Under the pieces are notes generated by a model. It did no database searches and was not told where the DNA came from. It worked only from the letters and a program-made list of their open reading frames with translations. Below, one piece after another: positions 1-11,835 of a stretch of 64,000 nucleotides of DNA. The DNA comes from an uncultured Candidatus Saccharibacteria bacterium (lineage in GTDB: Bacteria; Patescibacteriota; Dojkabacteria; JAOAGR01). Made by a program: the position numbers and the translations under genes. Positions within the stretch are counted from its first letter, which is position 1, and each line of letters opens with the position of its first letter. The stretch lies in the NCBI GenBank assembly GCA_964503755.1, contig CAZDBO010000004.1, positions 14,042 to 78,041 of the forward strand, in the 5' to 3' direction.

Positions 1-434
1 TAATACTCCTACTAGTACCCTTACAAATACTCCAACAAATACACCATCAGCTACGATAACAGCTACTCCAACACACACCAACCAATACTCCAAGATATAT
101 ACCAACATCAATTAATAATCAGTCTTTATCTAATAACACAAACTATCAACAAACTCCAACACCAACAAAAAGACAAAGCACAAATACATCTATCACCAAT
201 ACAACAATCACACAACCACCATCGCAAACAGATATTCCACCACTTACTCAAAATAATGAGACAATTATTGATAGTCCAACATCGACTCAAATTTCATCTA
301 CTCCACAAAATACAGAAAGTAATACATCACAAAATAAGAATAATCCTAATATTAAAGACGTTAATCAGTTAAATAATAATCAATTCAAACTACAAGACTG
401 GTTATTCTATTGCTGTGGAATAATATTACTTTGA
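1..434 (+). CDS. C-terminal part of a Pro/Thr/Asn-rich surface protein, 5' truncated by the window edge. The reading frame switches from frame 2 to frame 3 near an (AC)4 tract at about 71-78. It ends in a short hydrophobic tail (DWLFYCCGIILL) and a TGA at 432-434. Frameshifted or slippage-prone; may be a pseudogene.
   Basis: Manual translation. Frame 2 (NTPTSTLTNTPTNTPSATITATPT...) stops at 113-115. Frame 3 is open from 60 (QLLQHTPTNTPRYIPTSINNQSLSNN...QDWLFYCCGIILL*). Same PT-linker style as the BspA-like gene downstream. Confidence 0.4.
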
Positions 435-596
435 CTCATCATAATACCTCTATTCTTATTCATAATTAACGAGAATAAAAAAATAAAAAAAGACTTGAAG
501 AAAACAAAACATAATTAGTATTAAAAATTTGTGAATAATTCAATACCCATTTGCGTATATTTGCAAATGGATAAAAATATTATCTGGTTTATTTTC

Positions 597-617
597 AAAA
601 AGACTTGAGTCTTTTTG
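597..617. terminator. Symmetric hairpin aaaaagact..agtcttttt, flanked by an A-run and a T-run. Candidate bidirectional intrinsic terminator between the convergent PT-protein gene and leuA.
   Basis: Inverted repeat read directly. A second imperfect palindrome, ccatttgc...gcaaatgg, lies at 548-570. Confidence 0.4.
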
Positions 618-888
618 AATTTTTATCAAAACACTTCATCACACACAAATTTCTTAGTATTAAATATATTTCAAAAATACAATTTTCAAATTGTATGCTG
701 AAAATTTTGATGCTCAGCTTTTAATATTTATATGAATTTAGTAAACCATAAGATATTAAACATAAATATACGCTGAATTTATTAGACTTTACTATTTAGA
801 AACAGATATATAAGAAAATAAATACCATAAAACAATATTTCTTATAACAGCTAAATGACAAAAGTATTAAAATATTTATGACTAGTAC

Positions 889-2406
889 TTAACTTAAAGA
901 ATTTTTATATACAAATTTATTAATTGCATTTAAATAAGCTTTCACTGCAGCAACAACAATATCTGTATCTACTCCATGTCCATTATATCTTTCATTACCA
1001 ATAGAAATAGATATATTTGCTTCACCAATAGCATCTTTTCCCGATGTAACAGCATTTATAGAAAACTCCTCAAGAGTCATACCATAAATACCTATGATCT
1101 TTTCTATGGCTTTAAATGCAGCATCGATTGGACCATTTCCGATACTTAACTCTACGTATTCTTTTCTTCCTTTCTCAATACATACTGTTGCTGTAGGAAT
1201 AGTATTGTCGCCCGCAACAATTTGGACATTTTTTAATGTATATATCATTCTGTTTTCATCTATTCCCATATCAGCAAATAACGCTATTAAATCCTCTTCA
1301 TGAACATTCTTCTTCTTATCTGCAATCTGTAAAAATTTACGATATATTTCCTCAAACATATCCTCATAATAGCTAATGCCTAAATCTCTTAATTTTGCCT
1401 TTAATGCATGTCTACCCGAATGTCTTCCCAAAACAATATCAGAACCAGATCTACCGACATCTTCTGGTTTCATAATCTCATAGGTCTGTTTGTATTTTAG
1501 TACTCCATCTTGATGTATACCTGATTCATGTGCAAATACATTTCGTCCTACAATAGGTTTTGTATAAGCAATTGGGAATCCAATAATGGAAGAAAGCATT
1601 TTACTTGTTTTATATATTTCTTTTGTATTTATGCTACATTCAAAATCATAAATATCCTTTCTAACATTGATAGCCATAACAATTTCTTCGAATGCTGCAT
1701 TACCTGCTCTTTCGCCAATACCATTTACACATACCTCTACCTGTCTTGCACCAGCCTGAAGTCCCATAAGTGAATTAGCAACTGCCAAACCAAGATCATT
1801 ATGACAATGCACACTAATAACTGCTCTATCATCAATAACTTCTTTGATTTCTTTTACTATATTATAGAATTCAGCGGGCGTAGTGTAGCCTACTGTATCG
1901 GGAATATTTATTGTTGTAGCTCCAGCTTCTACAGCGCATAAAAATACTTCTTTTAAAAAATTCAAATCACTACGCGTAGCATCTTCTGCAGAAAACTCAA
2001 CATCATCAGTCAAACTTTTAGCATAAGAAACGGCACGTTTTGTCAATTCAATTACCTCTGCGGGAGTTTTTCTCAGCTTGTATTCCATATGTATAGGAGA
2101 CGTAGCAATAAAAGTATGAATCCTTTTTCTCTTCGCTGGTTTTATAGCCTCATAAGCAATACGTATATCTTCTTCCACTGCTCTTGCCAAAGCAGCAATA
2201 ATTGGCCCTTCTACCTCTTTTGCTATTCTATTTACTCCATCAAATTGTTCGGGTGATGATACAGGAAATCCAGCCTCTATAACGTCAACACCTAACGAAG
2301 CTAATTGCTTGGCAAAAACTAATTTATCATTAGCAGACATGCTAGCACCTGGCGATTGTTCACCATCACGTAGAGTTGTATCAAATATTAGTATTTTTCT
2401 TGACAT
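889..2406 (-). CDS. leuA: 2-isopropylmalate synthase (LeuA/CimA family)
   Basis: N-terminal LIFDTTLRDGEQSPGASM HMGL-like motif, 505 aa with a C-terminal LeuA dimerisation-type region. Confidence 0.8.
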   Translation of the reverse strand: MSRKILIFDTTLRDGEQSPGASMSANDKLVFAKQLASLGVDVIEAGFPVSSPEQFDGVNRIAKEVEGPIIAALARAVEEDIRIAYEAIKPAKRKRIHTFIATSPIHMEYKLRKTPAEVIELTKRAVSYAKSLTDDVEFSAEDATRSDLNFLKEVFLCAVEAGATTINIPDTVGYTTPAEFYNIVKEIKEVIDDRAVISVHCHNDLGLAVANSLMGLQAGARQVEVCVNGIGERAGNAAFEEIVMAINVRKDIYDFECSINTKEIYKTSKMLSSIIGFPIAYTKPIVGRNVFAHESGIHQDGVLKYKQTYEIMKPEDVGRSGSDIVLGRHSGRHALKAKLRDLGISYYEDMFEEIYRKFLQIADKKKNVHEEDLIALFADMGIDENRMIYTLKNVQIVAGDNTIPTATVCIEKGRKEYVELSIGNGPIDAAFKAIEKIIGIYGMTLEEFSINAVTSGKDAIGEANISISIGNERYNGHGVDTDIVVAAVKAYLNAINKFVYKNSLS

Positions 2407-2628
2407 ATCTTTATTCTAAAATTTTGATAAATATTTTAGAATATGTAAACACCGCAAATGTTAAATACTAATATATCATAAATACGCTAATTTATTAACT
2501 CAATTGTTATTTTAATTAAATAAAGTAAATACTTATCTTGCATCAGAAATCATCTGCACTAGATACGTGATCACGTTAAATTCGATTATTTATATTAATC
2601 AACTACCCTACTAATTTATTAAAATACT

Positions 2629-5415
2629 CTAGTACGGACTTTGATTTTCTCCTTTTGAAAAGCTATATCCCATTATCATCCCAAACAACAATCCAAATAC
2701 AAGCACTATCAACGCCAATATGATTAACCACCATTGATCAAACTGTCCGCCGCCATTATTATTTGCTGAATTGTTGTTATTTTGATTGTTTGAGGATGTA
2801 GATGTTGGTGTTTTAGTTGGAGTAGTGTCAGTAGGTGTAATTTTTTCGCCTAAAACATTATTTGGAGCTACGTTTGTAGGATTTGGAGTAGTTGTTGGAT
2901 TTTGATTAGGTGTTGAAGTGAGGATGATCGTTGGCTGAGATATCTGCCCAACAACAATTCTAACAGATGCTCTTGATTCGTCACCATCAGCATCTACAAC
3001 ACGACCTGAACAATAATATTCACCCGGATTTGATAGATTTATCGTATCTGATAAAAATTCAAATGAATTAGTATTATTTGATGCACCAGAACATATACCA
3101 CTAAATGAATAATTAAATGGTGCATTACCAGTTCGAGTCTGATTCAGTACGACTTTAAATGGGGTATTGGGTGTTATATAAATAGACCCATCAATATTAG
3201 ATGCTGGCGATGTTCCAAATAACACTATTAATGGCAGATTATCTCTTGATGGAGTTGGAGTAGGTGTTGATGTTGGCGTAGATGTCACAGTTGGAGTCGG
3301 TGTGTATGTAGGTGTTGGTGTAGAAGTAACCGTCGGCGTTGAAGTAGGTGTAGACGTTGGTGTCGGTGTAACAGTGGGTATTGCTGTAGATGAAGGAGTC
3401 AAAGTTTGTGTCGGAGTTGGTGTTGCAGTTAGGGTGATTGTTGGAGTAGGTGTTGGTGTCATTGTTGGAGTCGGAGTTATAGTAGGTGTAAGAGTTGGTG
3501 TGATGGTGGTTGGTGTAGGTGTAATAGTAGGCGTTGGAGTAGGAGTAGCAATCGTATTTATAACGATATCCTTATTACTACCTAACGAATTCGGACCACC
3601 AGGATTTGGAAGTTCTAAAAATGCTTCTTGTCCAAAAATATCGAGTATTTTTCCTTCATTTAAAATCAAAGCATATGTACTCACATAGTCCAAATCCATT
3701 GTATTTTCTCCTTCTTCAGCATTGTAAACAAAAGCAAGAGTAGAACTACCAGAACCATAAAAATAAAAGGCTTCTCCTCCACTGTTTAAAATTAGAGTTG
3801 GTCTACCAGTCACAAAAACATTATCCTCAAACTCTACTGTTATTAAGATCGTATCACCTACAGTATATGTACCATCGGGAGTTGTTGATGTGACATTGAT
3901 AACTCTAGGTGGACAATAATATGTGTCACCAATAATATTCCAATTATTTGGTGCATTTGTCAGTGTATTTCTAGCATTTTCTCCATTGCAATAAATCAAT
4001 CCTACAGCACCCATGATAACGTTTGGTTTGACACTTTGTGTCGACCAACCTATCAATATAGAATCGTAATTTGCAATGCTAATATCAGTACCATCAAAAA
4101 TTTCTGTCATATGAACAACATTTTGTATATTCCACATGCTTAGATCTTGATCAAAGGAGACAGCACCTGAGAACATTCCATCCATATTTTCAACACTACT
4201 AGTGTTCCAGGAACCGATCGGCTGATTAAAAGATTCTGCATCCGCAAACATATAGTCCATCCTTTGAACATTACTTGTATTCCAATTTCCTATTGGCTGA
4301 TTAAATGAAATTGCACCGGCAAACATCTCCCCCATATCAACAACACTACCGGTATCCCAATAACTAATATCTTGATTAAATGATAGCGCCCCTGAAAACA
4401 TCTTGTACATATTTTCAACATTACTAGTGTTCCATGAATTTATTGACTGATTAAAAGCCTCTGCTCTTAAAAACATTCCTTCCATGCTTTCAACATTGCT
4501 TGTATCCCATGATCCAATTGGTTGATTAAATGTCTTCGCATCAGCAAACATATACGCCATATTTCTTACATTACTTGTATTCCAACCACCTATTGGCTGA
4601 TTAAATGACTCTGCCCCAGCAAACATTTCTTCCATATCTTCAACATTACCCGTAACCCATGTTGCTATATTTTGATTGAATAATTCGGCTCCATAAAACA
4701 TTCCAGTCATAATTCTTACGTTACCAGTGTTCCACCCACCTATAGGTTGATTAAATGTCTTTGCATCAGCAAACATAAATGCCATATCTTCAACATTACT
4801 TGTATCCCATGTTCCTATATTTTCGTTGAATAATTCAGCACCATAAAACATTCCCGCCATAGTTCTAACATTACTTGTATCCCAATAAAACATAGCCGGA
4901 TTTGTAGTAATAGAAGAAGCTCCAGCAAACATCCAACTCATATCAGTTACATTGCTCAAGTCAGGAGTATCTGTTGCATTAAGAACCATATTTGCACAAC
5001 CTGCAAAAGCTAACTCCATCGTTTGCCATTGTATATCTCCCCATTGATCTACTGATATGAGCTTCAAATTATCCGATCCTTCCGCAAAATATATACGGGG
5101 AAATGTACCTGTAATCCATATTTGATACTCTCCTGGTGCACTATAAGTACATGTTACATCCCCAGTTTGATTAGTAAATTCATTTGTTCCATCACCATTA
5201 CAATCAACGTTGTAATTGTATCCTCCGCCGTTTGTCGGAATGATAAACTGAGTGTTTGCGCTACCCCCTTCATTATCAGTCTTTACCGTTATCTTAAAAG
5301 CACTACTATCTGCATACACTGTCTGATTACTATTTTGAATAAAGAATAAAATTGAAAAAAAAATAAAAATAAATAATAAAAATATATTTTTTAAATTTAA
5401 CTTTTGAATTGACAT
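2629..5415 (-). CDS. BspA-like surface protein with DUF285-type (PF03382-like) repeats. Signal peptide, about 14 tandem ~26-aa repeats (FNQPIGxWNTSNVxxMxxMF), a long TPTPT linker and a C-terminal TM anchor. Probable start is the ATG at 5415 ([20 protein letters not shown] signal peptide); the ORF track extends to a GTG at 5493.
   Basis: Repeat motif and PT linker read from the translation. Hydrophobic C-terminus [22 protein letters not shown]. Confidence 0.75.
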   Translation of the reverse strand: MSIQKLNLKNIFLLFIFIFFSILFFIQNSNQTVYADSSAFKITVKTDNEGGSANTQFIIPTNGGGYNYNVDCNGDGTNEFTNQTGDVTCTYSAPGEYQIWITGTFPRIYFAEGSDNLKLISVDQWGDIQWQTMELAFAGCANMVLNATDTPDLSNVTDMSWMFAGASSITTNPAMFYWDTSNVRTMAGMFYGAELFNENIGTWDTSNVEDMAFMFADAKTFNQPIGGWNTGNVRIMTGMFYGAELFNQNIATWVTGNVEDMEEMFAGAESFNQPIGGWNTSNVRNMAYMFADAKTFNQPIGSWDTSNVESMEGMFLRAEAFNQSINSWNTSNVENMYKMFSGALSFNQDISYWDTGSVVDMGEMFAGAISFNQPIGNWNTSNVQRMDYMFADAESFNQPIGSWNTSSVENMDGMFSGAVSFDQDLSMWNIQNVVHMTEIFDGTDISIANYDSILIGWSTQSVKPNVIMGAVGLIYCNGENARNTLTNAPNNWNIIGDTYYCPPRVINVTSTTPDGTYTVGDTILITVEFEDNVFVTGRPTLILNSGGEAFYFYGSGSSTLAFVYNAEEGENTMDLDYVSTYALILNEGKILDIFGQEAFLELPNPGGPNSLGSNKDIVINTIATPTPTPTITPTPTTITPTLTPTITPTPTMTPTPTPTITLTATPTPTQTLTPSSTAIPTVTPTPTSTPTSTPTVTSTPTPTYTPTPTVTSTPTSTPTPTPSRDNLPLIVLFGTSPASNIDGSIYITPNTPFKVVLNQTRTGNAPFNYSFSGICSGASNNTNSFEFLSDTINLSNPGEYYCSGRVVDADGDESRASVRIVVGQISQPTIILTSTPNQNPTTTPNPTNVAPNNVLGEKITPTDTTPTKTPTSTSSNNQNNNNSANNNGGGQFDQWWLIILALIVLVFGLLFGMIMGYSFSKGENQSPY
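3250..3585 (-). repeat. Low-complexity (ACN)n-type coding repeat for a Thr-Pro linker. It generates the spurious Gly/Val ORF 3302..3688 on the opposite strand.
   Basis: [13 protein letters not shown]... in the translation. Degenerate gttggtgt repeats are visible on the + strand. Confidence 0.7.
4080..4950 (-). repeat. Tandem array of ~78-bp coding repeats (DUF285/BspA-type 26-aa units) inside the surface-protein gene
   Basis: Repeated FNQxI.xWNTSNV..M..MF units in the translation. Confidence 0.6.
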
Positions 5416-5765
5416 GTGTATATAATACCAAACTATTTCAACTTTATCAATAGAACCTAGTGTATCGTTCGATATGAACCAATTCTTATTCACGCAATTT
5501 TAGAATTACAATTAATAAAAATTATTCATATTAAAATGTAAAGAAAATACTTGATTGATTGGGTTATTATAACTTACATTAATACATATAATTGATAATT
5601 TATATATTAATAAATTTGCTGGAATGAACTATTTTCTATGCATCCCAAACAATCTCAAGTCAAGATTGTTGAATATTTATCTAAATTCCAAAACTATTTT
5701 CACATTTACAATTCAAAAGTAAAAACACAGTCGCATTAGCAACATTTTAGACTACAAAAATAAGT

Positions 5766-6278
5766 TTATTTAAACTTTTTACCTTTTTCTATCAATTTGA
5801 GTAATATATGTCCTACCAATACCTCAGGATGCTTATCATTCGTATCTACATACACATCAGCAAGCGAATAAATCGGTTTTCTTTTTTCATAAAGTTCTCT
5901 CACAAATTCTTTCCCTCTTTTCAAAAGCGGCCTAGAATCATCGCCTTCACATCGTTCAAAAACTTTATTTATATCAACATCAAGCCATACTACACTACCT
6001 TGAGATTTCATAAATTCCATATTTTCTAGTTTTGCGCCAAGTCCACCACCAGTAGCAACTACAATATTATCTTGGATAGACAATTCTCTCAATTTCTGAT
6101 CCTCTAGATTTCTAAAATAGTCTTCTCCTTTTTGAGCAAAAATTTGTGATATGGTCATTCCTTCATATTTTTCGATATATTCGTCTATATCAAAAAATGT
6201 ATAACCCAACACATAAGCTAAAAGCTTACCAACAGTAGTTTTTCCCGCACCCATGAAGCCTACAATATAGATTTTCAT
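5766..6278 (-). CDS. aroK: shikimate kinase
   Basis: P-loop GFMGAGKTTVGK, 170 aa, shikimate kinase length and motifs. Adjacent to aroB. Confidence 0.85.
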   Translation of the reverse strand: MKIYIVGFMGAGKTTVGKLLAYVLGYTFFDIDEYIEKYEGMTISQIFAQKGEDYFRNLEDQKLRELSIQDNIVVATGGGLGAKLENMEFMKSQGSVVWLDVDINKVFERCEGDDSRPLLKRGKEFVRELYEKRKPIYSLADVYVDTNDKHPEVLVGHILLKLIEKGKKFK

Positions 6279-6339
6279 ATTTTATATTGTATTAAATCTG
6301 GATAAATATACAAACATGATATAAGATTATATACTACAA

Positions 6340-7389
6340 ATGAAAAATATAAGCATAGATACTTCTTCAAGACAATACCTGATACTGATTGGACAAAATA
6401 TTTTTTGTGATACTATAAAATCATTTATTGATAACCGAAATCCAGATAAAATTGTACTAGTTATTGATAAACATCTTTTGAATACACTTAAAAGTTTTGA
6501 TTTATTAGCAAACTTACATTACATTTTAATTAATTGTACTGAAAAAAATAAAAATGTTAAAAATTTAATCAAAATTTTGGATTTCTTCTATCAAGAAAAT
6601 CTCAGCCGTAAATCACTAGTAATAAACGTAGGAGGCGGAGTCCTCACGGATATAGCATCTTTTGCCTGTAGTATTTATCAAAGAGGAATAAAATACATCA
6701 ACGTACCTACTACTCTACTCTCTATGGTTGATGCAAGTTTTGGTGGCAAAACAGGAGTAAATTATAAAAATATCAAAAATTTAATCGGTACTTTTTATCA
6801 TCCCGAGCTAGTAATAGTAGACATAAAATTTTTAGAGACATTGCCTAAAAAATATCTTATTGGAGGATATGGAGAAATCATAAAACATGCACTAATAAAA
6901 GATAAAATTTATTTTGATAATTTATTAAACAAAAAATTAAATCTAATTGAAATCATCAAAAAATCAATTTTGATTAAAAAAGATGTTGTTGGCGATGATG
7001 AGTTTGAAACAAAAGGCACAAGAAAAATTTTAAACTTCGGCCATACTGTAGGACACGCAATAGAATCATATTCGCAAAAAGTCAAAAAGCCACTTTATCA
7101 CGGTTATGCTGTAGCAAAAGGAATTCTAATTGAAAGTTGGTTATCTTATAAACTTGGTTTATTAACCTATGAAGAATATCAACAAATACAGAATATTATA
7201 AATGATTACAAACTTAATGTTGATCTTGATTATGAAATAAAAATTGATGAAATCATGTATCTTATATCAAAAGATAAAAAAAACTCTAACAATGAAATTA
7301 AATTTGTTTTATTAGAAAAAATTGGTGCGGCGATACCAGATCAAATAGTTCCCAAAAATTTAATAATAGAATCTATAAAACTACTATGA
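6340..7389 (+). CDS. aroB: 3-dehydroquinate synthase
   Basis: GGGVLTDIASF and FGHTVGHAIE motifs, 349 aa. TGA stop overlaps the aroA ATG (ATGA). Confidence 0.85.
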   Translation: MKNISIDTSSRQYLILIGQNIFCDTIKSFIDNRNPDKIVLVIDKHLLNTLKSFDLLANLHYILINCTEKNKNVKNLIKILDFFYQENLSRKSLVINVGGGVLTDIASFACSIYQRGIKYINVPTTLLSMVDASFGGKTGVNYKNIKNLIGTFYHPELVIVDIKFLETLPKKYLIGGYGEIIKHALIKDKIYFDNLLNKKLNLIEIIKKSILIKKDVVGDDEFETKGTRKILNFGHTVGHAIESYSQKVKKPLYHGYAVAKGILIESWLSYKLGLLTYEEYQQIQNIINDYKLNVDLDYEIKIDEIMYLISKDKKNSNNEIKFVLLEKIGAAIPDQIVPKNLIIESIKLL

Positions 7390-8693
7390 AAATAGCAAGA
7401 ATAAAAAACAAAGAGATAATAGATAATGTTGTACCATTGAGAGGTTCTAAAAGTATCACTAATCGAGCATTAATAATAAGCTTATTAACTGATGATGAAT
7501 CTACATTAGAAAATTATTCATCCTCCGAAGATAGTAAAACAATTATCGAATTCTTTCGCAAAATGAATGCAAAAATAGAAGAGCTGGACGAAAAAACAAT
7601 AAAAATACAAGGTATTAGATCAAAATTACCAACAAAAAAAGAAATAATACACAACGTAGGACCAGCTGGTACAGCCGCAAGATTTTTGACTGCGTTTTGT
7701 GCCAGATTTTGCGAAGGAGTTACACTAGATGGATCCGAAAGAATGCGTGAGAGGCCAATGAAACCTCTTCTCGAAGTATTAGAAAAATTAGGTGCAGAGT
7801 TTGAGTATTTAGGTGAAAAGTATCATCTACCATTCAAAATCAATTCAACAATAAAAAACATAAGCAATCGGACTATTGAGATACCCGGCAATATTTCTAG
7901 TCAGTTTGTCACAGCTTTACTTTTGATATCACCATTTCTTGACAATATAGAAATCAAAATCACTGATGGTTTAGTCTCCGAGCCATATGTAGATATGACC
8001 ATAGATACTATGAATCAGTTTGGAGTAAAAGTAGTTAAATATAAAACTAATCAGACCATTAAATTAAAAGTACAAAGTGGTAAGTATCATGGTATTCCAT
8101 ATTTTATAGAAGGTGATGCATCTAGTGCTACGTATCTCTGGGGATTGGCGGCTATATCTGGAAAAAAAATCGGCGTACAGAATATATTTCAAAATTCCAT
8201 TCAACCTGATTTTCAATTTGTATATTTACTTGAAAAGATGGGTTGCAAAGTACTTTTTGATGACCGTATAGTCTACATAAAAGGCTCATCAAACCTAAAA
8301 AATCTAGAAATTGTAGATATGTCATCGATGCCTGATAGTGCGCAAACATTAGCTTGCGTCTTAGCAACAACAAAATGTAAAACAAGATTAACCGGATTAT
8401 CTACTCTGCGTGATAAAGAAACTGATCGTATATCAGCATTAGAAAATGAACTTAAAAAGCTTGGGGCTAACACATTTGTGAATGGTGATGAATTGATTAT
8501 CGAATCAGATGGTATGATCAGAACTGCACGGATAGAAACTTATAAAGATCATAGAATGGCAATGGCATTTGGCATTTTAGGTGCTAAAACAACAATAGAA
8601 ATTTTAGATCCAGATGTGGTAAATAAATCCTTTCCAGAATTTTTTGAAGTACTGAAAAATCTAGGTTTAGAAATTGAATTCATAGAAGAATAA
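7386..8693 (+). CDS. aroA: 3-phosphoshikimate 1-carboxyvinyltransferase (EPSP synthase)
   Basis: LRGSKSITNRALI motif, 435 aa. Confidence 0.9.
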   Translation: MKIARIKNKEIIDNVVPLRGSKSITNRALIISLLTDDESTLENYSSSEDSKTIIEFFRKMNAKIEELDEKTIKIQGIRSKLPTKKEIIHNVGPAGTAARFLTAFCARFCEGVTLDGSERMRERPMKPLLEVLEKLGAEFEYLGEKYHLPFKINSTIKNISNRTIEIPGNISSQFVTALLLISPFLDNIEIKITDGLVSEPYVDMTIDTMNQFGVKVVKYKTNQTIKLKVQSGKYHGIPYFIEGDASSATYLWGLAAISGKKIGVQNIFQNSIQPDFQFVYLLEKMGCKVLFDDRIVYIKGSSNLKNLEIVDMSSMPDSAQTLACVLATTKCKTRLTGLSTLRDKETDRISALENELKKLGANTFVNGDELIIESDGMIRTARIETYKDHRMAMAFGILGAKTTIEILDPDVVNKSFPEFFEVLKNLGLEIEFIEE

Positions 8694-8701
8694 AAAGCTT
8701 T

Positions 8702-9391
8702 ATGAAGATCGCAACCTCAATAACCGAACAAAATATTGAAAAGGCTATAAATAACGCGTTGCACATTTTGCAAAATTACAATGATCTTATCATTGAGTTA
8801 CGAGCAGATTATCTAGATGAAATAAACGAAAATAATTTGACATTATTTAGAAACAAAATAAAAGCAAAATTAATATTCACTCTACGAGAACCAAATGAAG
8901 GTGGCAAAAGACAATATGAATTAAATCAAAAGATAAAAATTTTATTATTAGCCCAAAAAGTGGGTTTTGACCTTATAGATTGTGAACTACAAATTTTTGA
9001 GAAATTAGATTTTTCACAACAATCCAAATTTGACAAAGAAAGGCTAATACTTAGTTATCATGACTTTAATAAAACACCAACACAAAAAGAAATAAAAACT
9101 ACTTATCAGAAAATGTTAAAGTATAATCCCGAAATTGTTAAACTAGCATTTACTATAAATTCACAAAAAGATTTGCAGAAAATATACAGTCTAATGATAT
9201 CAACCAGTCACAAAAAAGTCATAATCGGTATGGGGGAAAAAGGAAAAATAACGCGAATAATAGGACCAATTTTAGGATGCGAATTCACTTTTGCCGCAAA
9301 CGAATTTTATACATCCGCACCTGGACAGATAAATGTTCGTGATATGTATAAAATATACGAAGAAATAAAAAAACCAGAAATAAACAATTAA
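8702..9391 (+). CDS. aroD: 3-dehydroquinate dehydratase, type I
   Basis: 229 aa. A type I DHQase-like region with ELRADYL is present. Position between aroA and aroC supports the call. Confidence 0.65.
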   Translation: MKIATSITEQNIEKAINNALHILQNYNDLIIELRADYLDEINENNLTLFRNKIKAKLIFTLREPNEGGKRQYELNQKIKILLLAQKVGFDLIDCELQIFEKLDFSQQSKFDKERLILSYHDFNKTPTQKEIKTTYQKMLKYNPEIVKLAFTINSQKDLQKIYSLMISTSHKKVIIGMGEKGKITRIIGPILGCEFTFAANEFYTSAPGQINVRDMYKIYEEIKKPEINN

Positions 9392-9392
9392 T

Positions 9393-10478
9393 ATGGCCGG
9401 AAACAGTTTTGGACAATTATTCAAGATTACCACTTTCGGAGAATCACACGGAGGATGTGTAGGCGTAGTAATAGATGGATGTCCGCCTGGCATCGAAATA
9501 ACAGAAGAAGAGATCCAAAAAGAGTTAGATCGCAGAAAACCTGGCCAGTCCTCTATCACCACACAAAGAAAAGAAGAAGATAAGATTTCTATTCTTTCTG
9601 GATATTTCGAAGGCAAAACAACAGGAACGCCAATACTTATTTTAGCCTACAACAAAGATGCTCGTTCTGAAGATTATTTAGAATTAAAAGATTTATACCG
9701 CCCATCTCATGCTGATTATACTTACGAAATGAAATATGGATTTAGAGACTGGCGTGGGTCTGGAAGAGCTTCAGCAAGAGAAACTTTGGCACGCGTGGCG
9801 GCCGGTGCTATTGCAAAAAAATATTTAAAAGAAAGATATAATATCGAATTTTTAGCTTACGTTGATGAAGTCGGTGATATAAAATGCCCAGATATTGATC
9901 CGCAAGACGTAAGAATTGAAGATATAGAAAGTAACATCATCAGATGTCCTGATCCAAGTACTGCACATAAAATGATTGATCTGATAGAACAAGTCCGTAA
10001 AGAAGGCGATTCGATAGGCGGTATAATAAAAGGAATAATAAGAGGAGATATACCTGTAGGTCTTGGCGAGCCAGTGTTTGACAAACTACATGCAGATCTT
10101 GCAAAAGGTATGATGTCTATACCAGCAGTAAAAGGATTTGAAATAGGATTGGGATTTAGATGTACAAAATTAAAAGGCTCACAACACAATGATCCATTTA
10201 TTAATGACAATGGCAAAATCAGAACATCCACAAATAATTCTGGTGGTATACAAGGCGGAATAAGTAATGGTGAAATTATTTACTTTCGTGTTGCATTTAA
10301 ACCTGTTTCGACAATAAGAAAAGAACAGATTACAGTAAATCGAAAAAAAGAAGAAGTTACTTTATCACCAGCCGGACGACATGATCCATGTGTATTACCA
10401 AGAGCAGTACCGATAGTAGAAGCTATGTCTGCGTTAGTGATTATGGATCATGTCTTGAGGTTTGAAGCTTACAAATAA
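9393..10478 (+). CDS. aroC: chorismate synthase
   Basis: N-terminal [18 protein letters not shown] signature, 361 aa. Confidence 0.9.
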   Translation: MAGNSFGQLFKITTFGESHGGCVGVVIDGCPPGIEITEEEIQKELDRRKPGQSSITTQRKEEDKISILSGYFEGKTTGTPILILAYNKDARSEDYLELKDLYRPSHADYTYEMKYGFRDWRGSGRASARETLARVAAGAIAKKYLKERYNIEFLAYVDEVGDIKCPDIDPQDVRIEDIESNIIRCPDPSTAHKMIDLIEQVRKEGDSIGGIIKGIIRGDIPVGLGEPVFDKLHADLAKGMMSIPAVKGFEIGLGFRCTKLKGSQHNDPFINDNGKIRTSTNNSGGIQGGISNGEIIYFRVAFKPVSTIRKEQITVNRKKEEVTLSPAGRHDPCVLPRAVPIVEAMSALVIMDHVLRFEAYK

Positions 10479-10900
10479 TTTTCAATTTATAGATTAAAAG
10501 ATAAATTTGGGAATAGATCTATCACGATATATATACTTGTATATCATTTATTTAATAAACTAAAATAAATTAATGCTATTATATTCTCAATCTGAATGTA
10601 CAATTTGCTAATACCAAAAGTTATTGATGTAATACTAATTTTTTAATTTTATAAATTCTTGTTGTTGGGTTGATATTATAAAATTTTCAACTTCAGATTT
10701 GAATTATAAATATGAAATAATAAAATATAAAGTTGATTGTTTTTACCTATGATAATTTCCTTAAAGCACAAAGATTATTTATCAGATAAATAAAAATAAC
10801 GAATAAACAATCTATATATCGCTCGCTACTTTTAAAATCCCAGTTAATAAAAATAAAAAATTTTATATTTGAGTTAATTTGATAATATGCTGCCATTCAT

Positions 10901-11758
10901 TTATTTAACCCTTTTCCTCCTATCACCCACTTTTCTAATTATACTTTCAATCTGTTCCTCATCATTATTTATTACAGCTTTTTCTAAATCTGCTAGGGCT
11001 TCTTTAAATATTTTTATACTTTCTAACAGATTCTCTTTATTCTCTAAAAATATATCCCGCCACATGGATGGTGTACTGGCAGCAATTCGTGTTGTGTCTT
11101 TAAAACCTCCACCTGTATAAGTAATTATGTCAAAATCGATTTTCTGAGAGATTCGCATTGCCGCATCTACCAATGAAAACGCGACAACATGTGGCAGATG
11201 TGAGATTCCGCCAAATATTATATCGTGTTGATAAGGATCCATACATTCTACTACTCCACCTAACTCTGTCCAAAAATTTTTAATTATCTCTAATGCTTGT
11301 GCATCTGTTTTTTCTGTCGGTGCAATGACTATACATGCCTTTTCAAACAGACTCGAAAAAGCATTTTCGATCCCTTCTTTTTCGGTACCAGCTATAGGAT
11401 GAGCGCCAACAAAATGATTAGGACTGAGAATATTTTCAATATCTTTTACAATATTACCCTTTACACTTCCAACATCAGTAACAATAGTTTTTGGATTCAA
11501 AAATGGTTTTATTTCTGATGCAATCAATCTTAACGAACGCACGGGTGTACATAAGATAATTAGATCTACACTTTCCCACGGAACAAGTTCTTTTTTAGAA
11601 TATCCTTTAGATATAACCCCTCTATCCTGTCCAAATTTAATTCTGTCTTTATTTATATCAAATCCCAATACCGTATATCCTTTATTCAATTCATTCAACT
11701 TAAAAGCTATCGACCCTCCTATAAGTCCCAAGCCATAAATTAAAATTGTTCTTATCAT
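10901..11758 (-). CDS. tyrA: prephenate dehydrogenase
   Basis: Rossmann GLGLIGGS at the N-terminus, 285 aa, PDH-like middle region. Confidence 0.7.
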   Translation of the reverse strand: MIRTILIYGLGLIGGSIAFKLNELNKGYTVLGFDINKDRIKFGQDRGVISKGYSKKELVPWESVDLIILCTPVRSLRLIASEIKPFLNPKTIVTDVGSVKGNIVKDIENILSPNHFVGAHPIAGTEKEGIENAFSSLFEKACIVIAPTEKTDAQALEIIKNFWTELGGVVECMDPYQHDIIFGGISHLPHVVAFSLVDAAMRISQKIDFDIITYTGGGFKDTTRIAASTPSMWRDIFLENKENLLESIKIFKEALADLEKAVINNDEEQIESIIRKVGDRRKRVK

Positions 11759-11835
11759 AAATTGATTTTATACAAGAGAAAAGATTTTTACTACTTAGTT
11801 TGTCATAAGAGATCTAATTCAATAAAATCCTAATT

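Noticed and set aside
2569-2580. Perfect 12-bp palindrome ACGTGATCACGT between bspA and leuA, as a possible operator
   Set aside because: Perfect 12-bp palindromes are expected by chance several times in 64 kb of biased-composition DNA. There is no second half-site or conservation evidence.
3302-3688. 128-aa Gly/Val-repeat ORF on the + strand, and many other short antisense ORFs in the track (1094..1303, 1528..1773, 8152..8385, 9272..9616, 21051..21560, 49501..49707, 52930..53232 and others)
   Set aside because: They lie entirely antisense to well-supported genes. 3302..3688 is the complement of the Thr-Pro (ACN)n linker repeat. They are low-complexity with no independent support.
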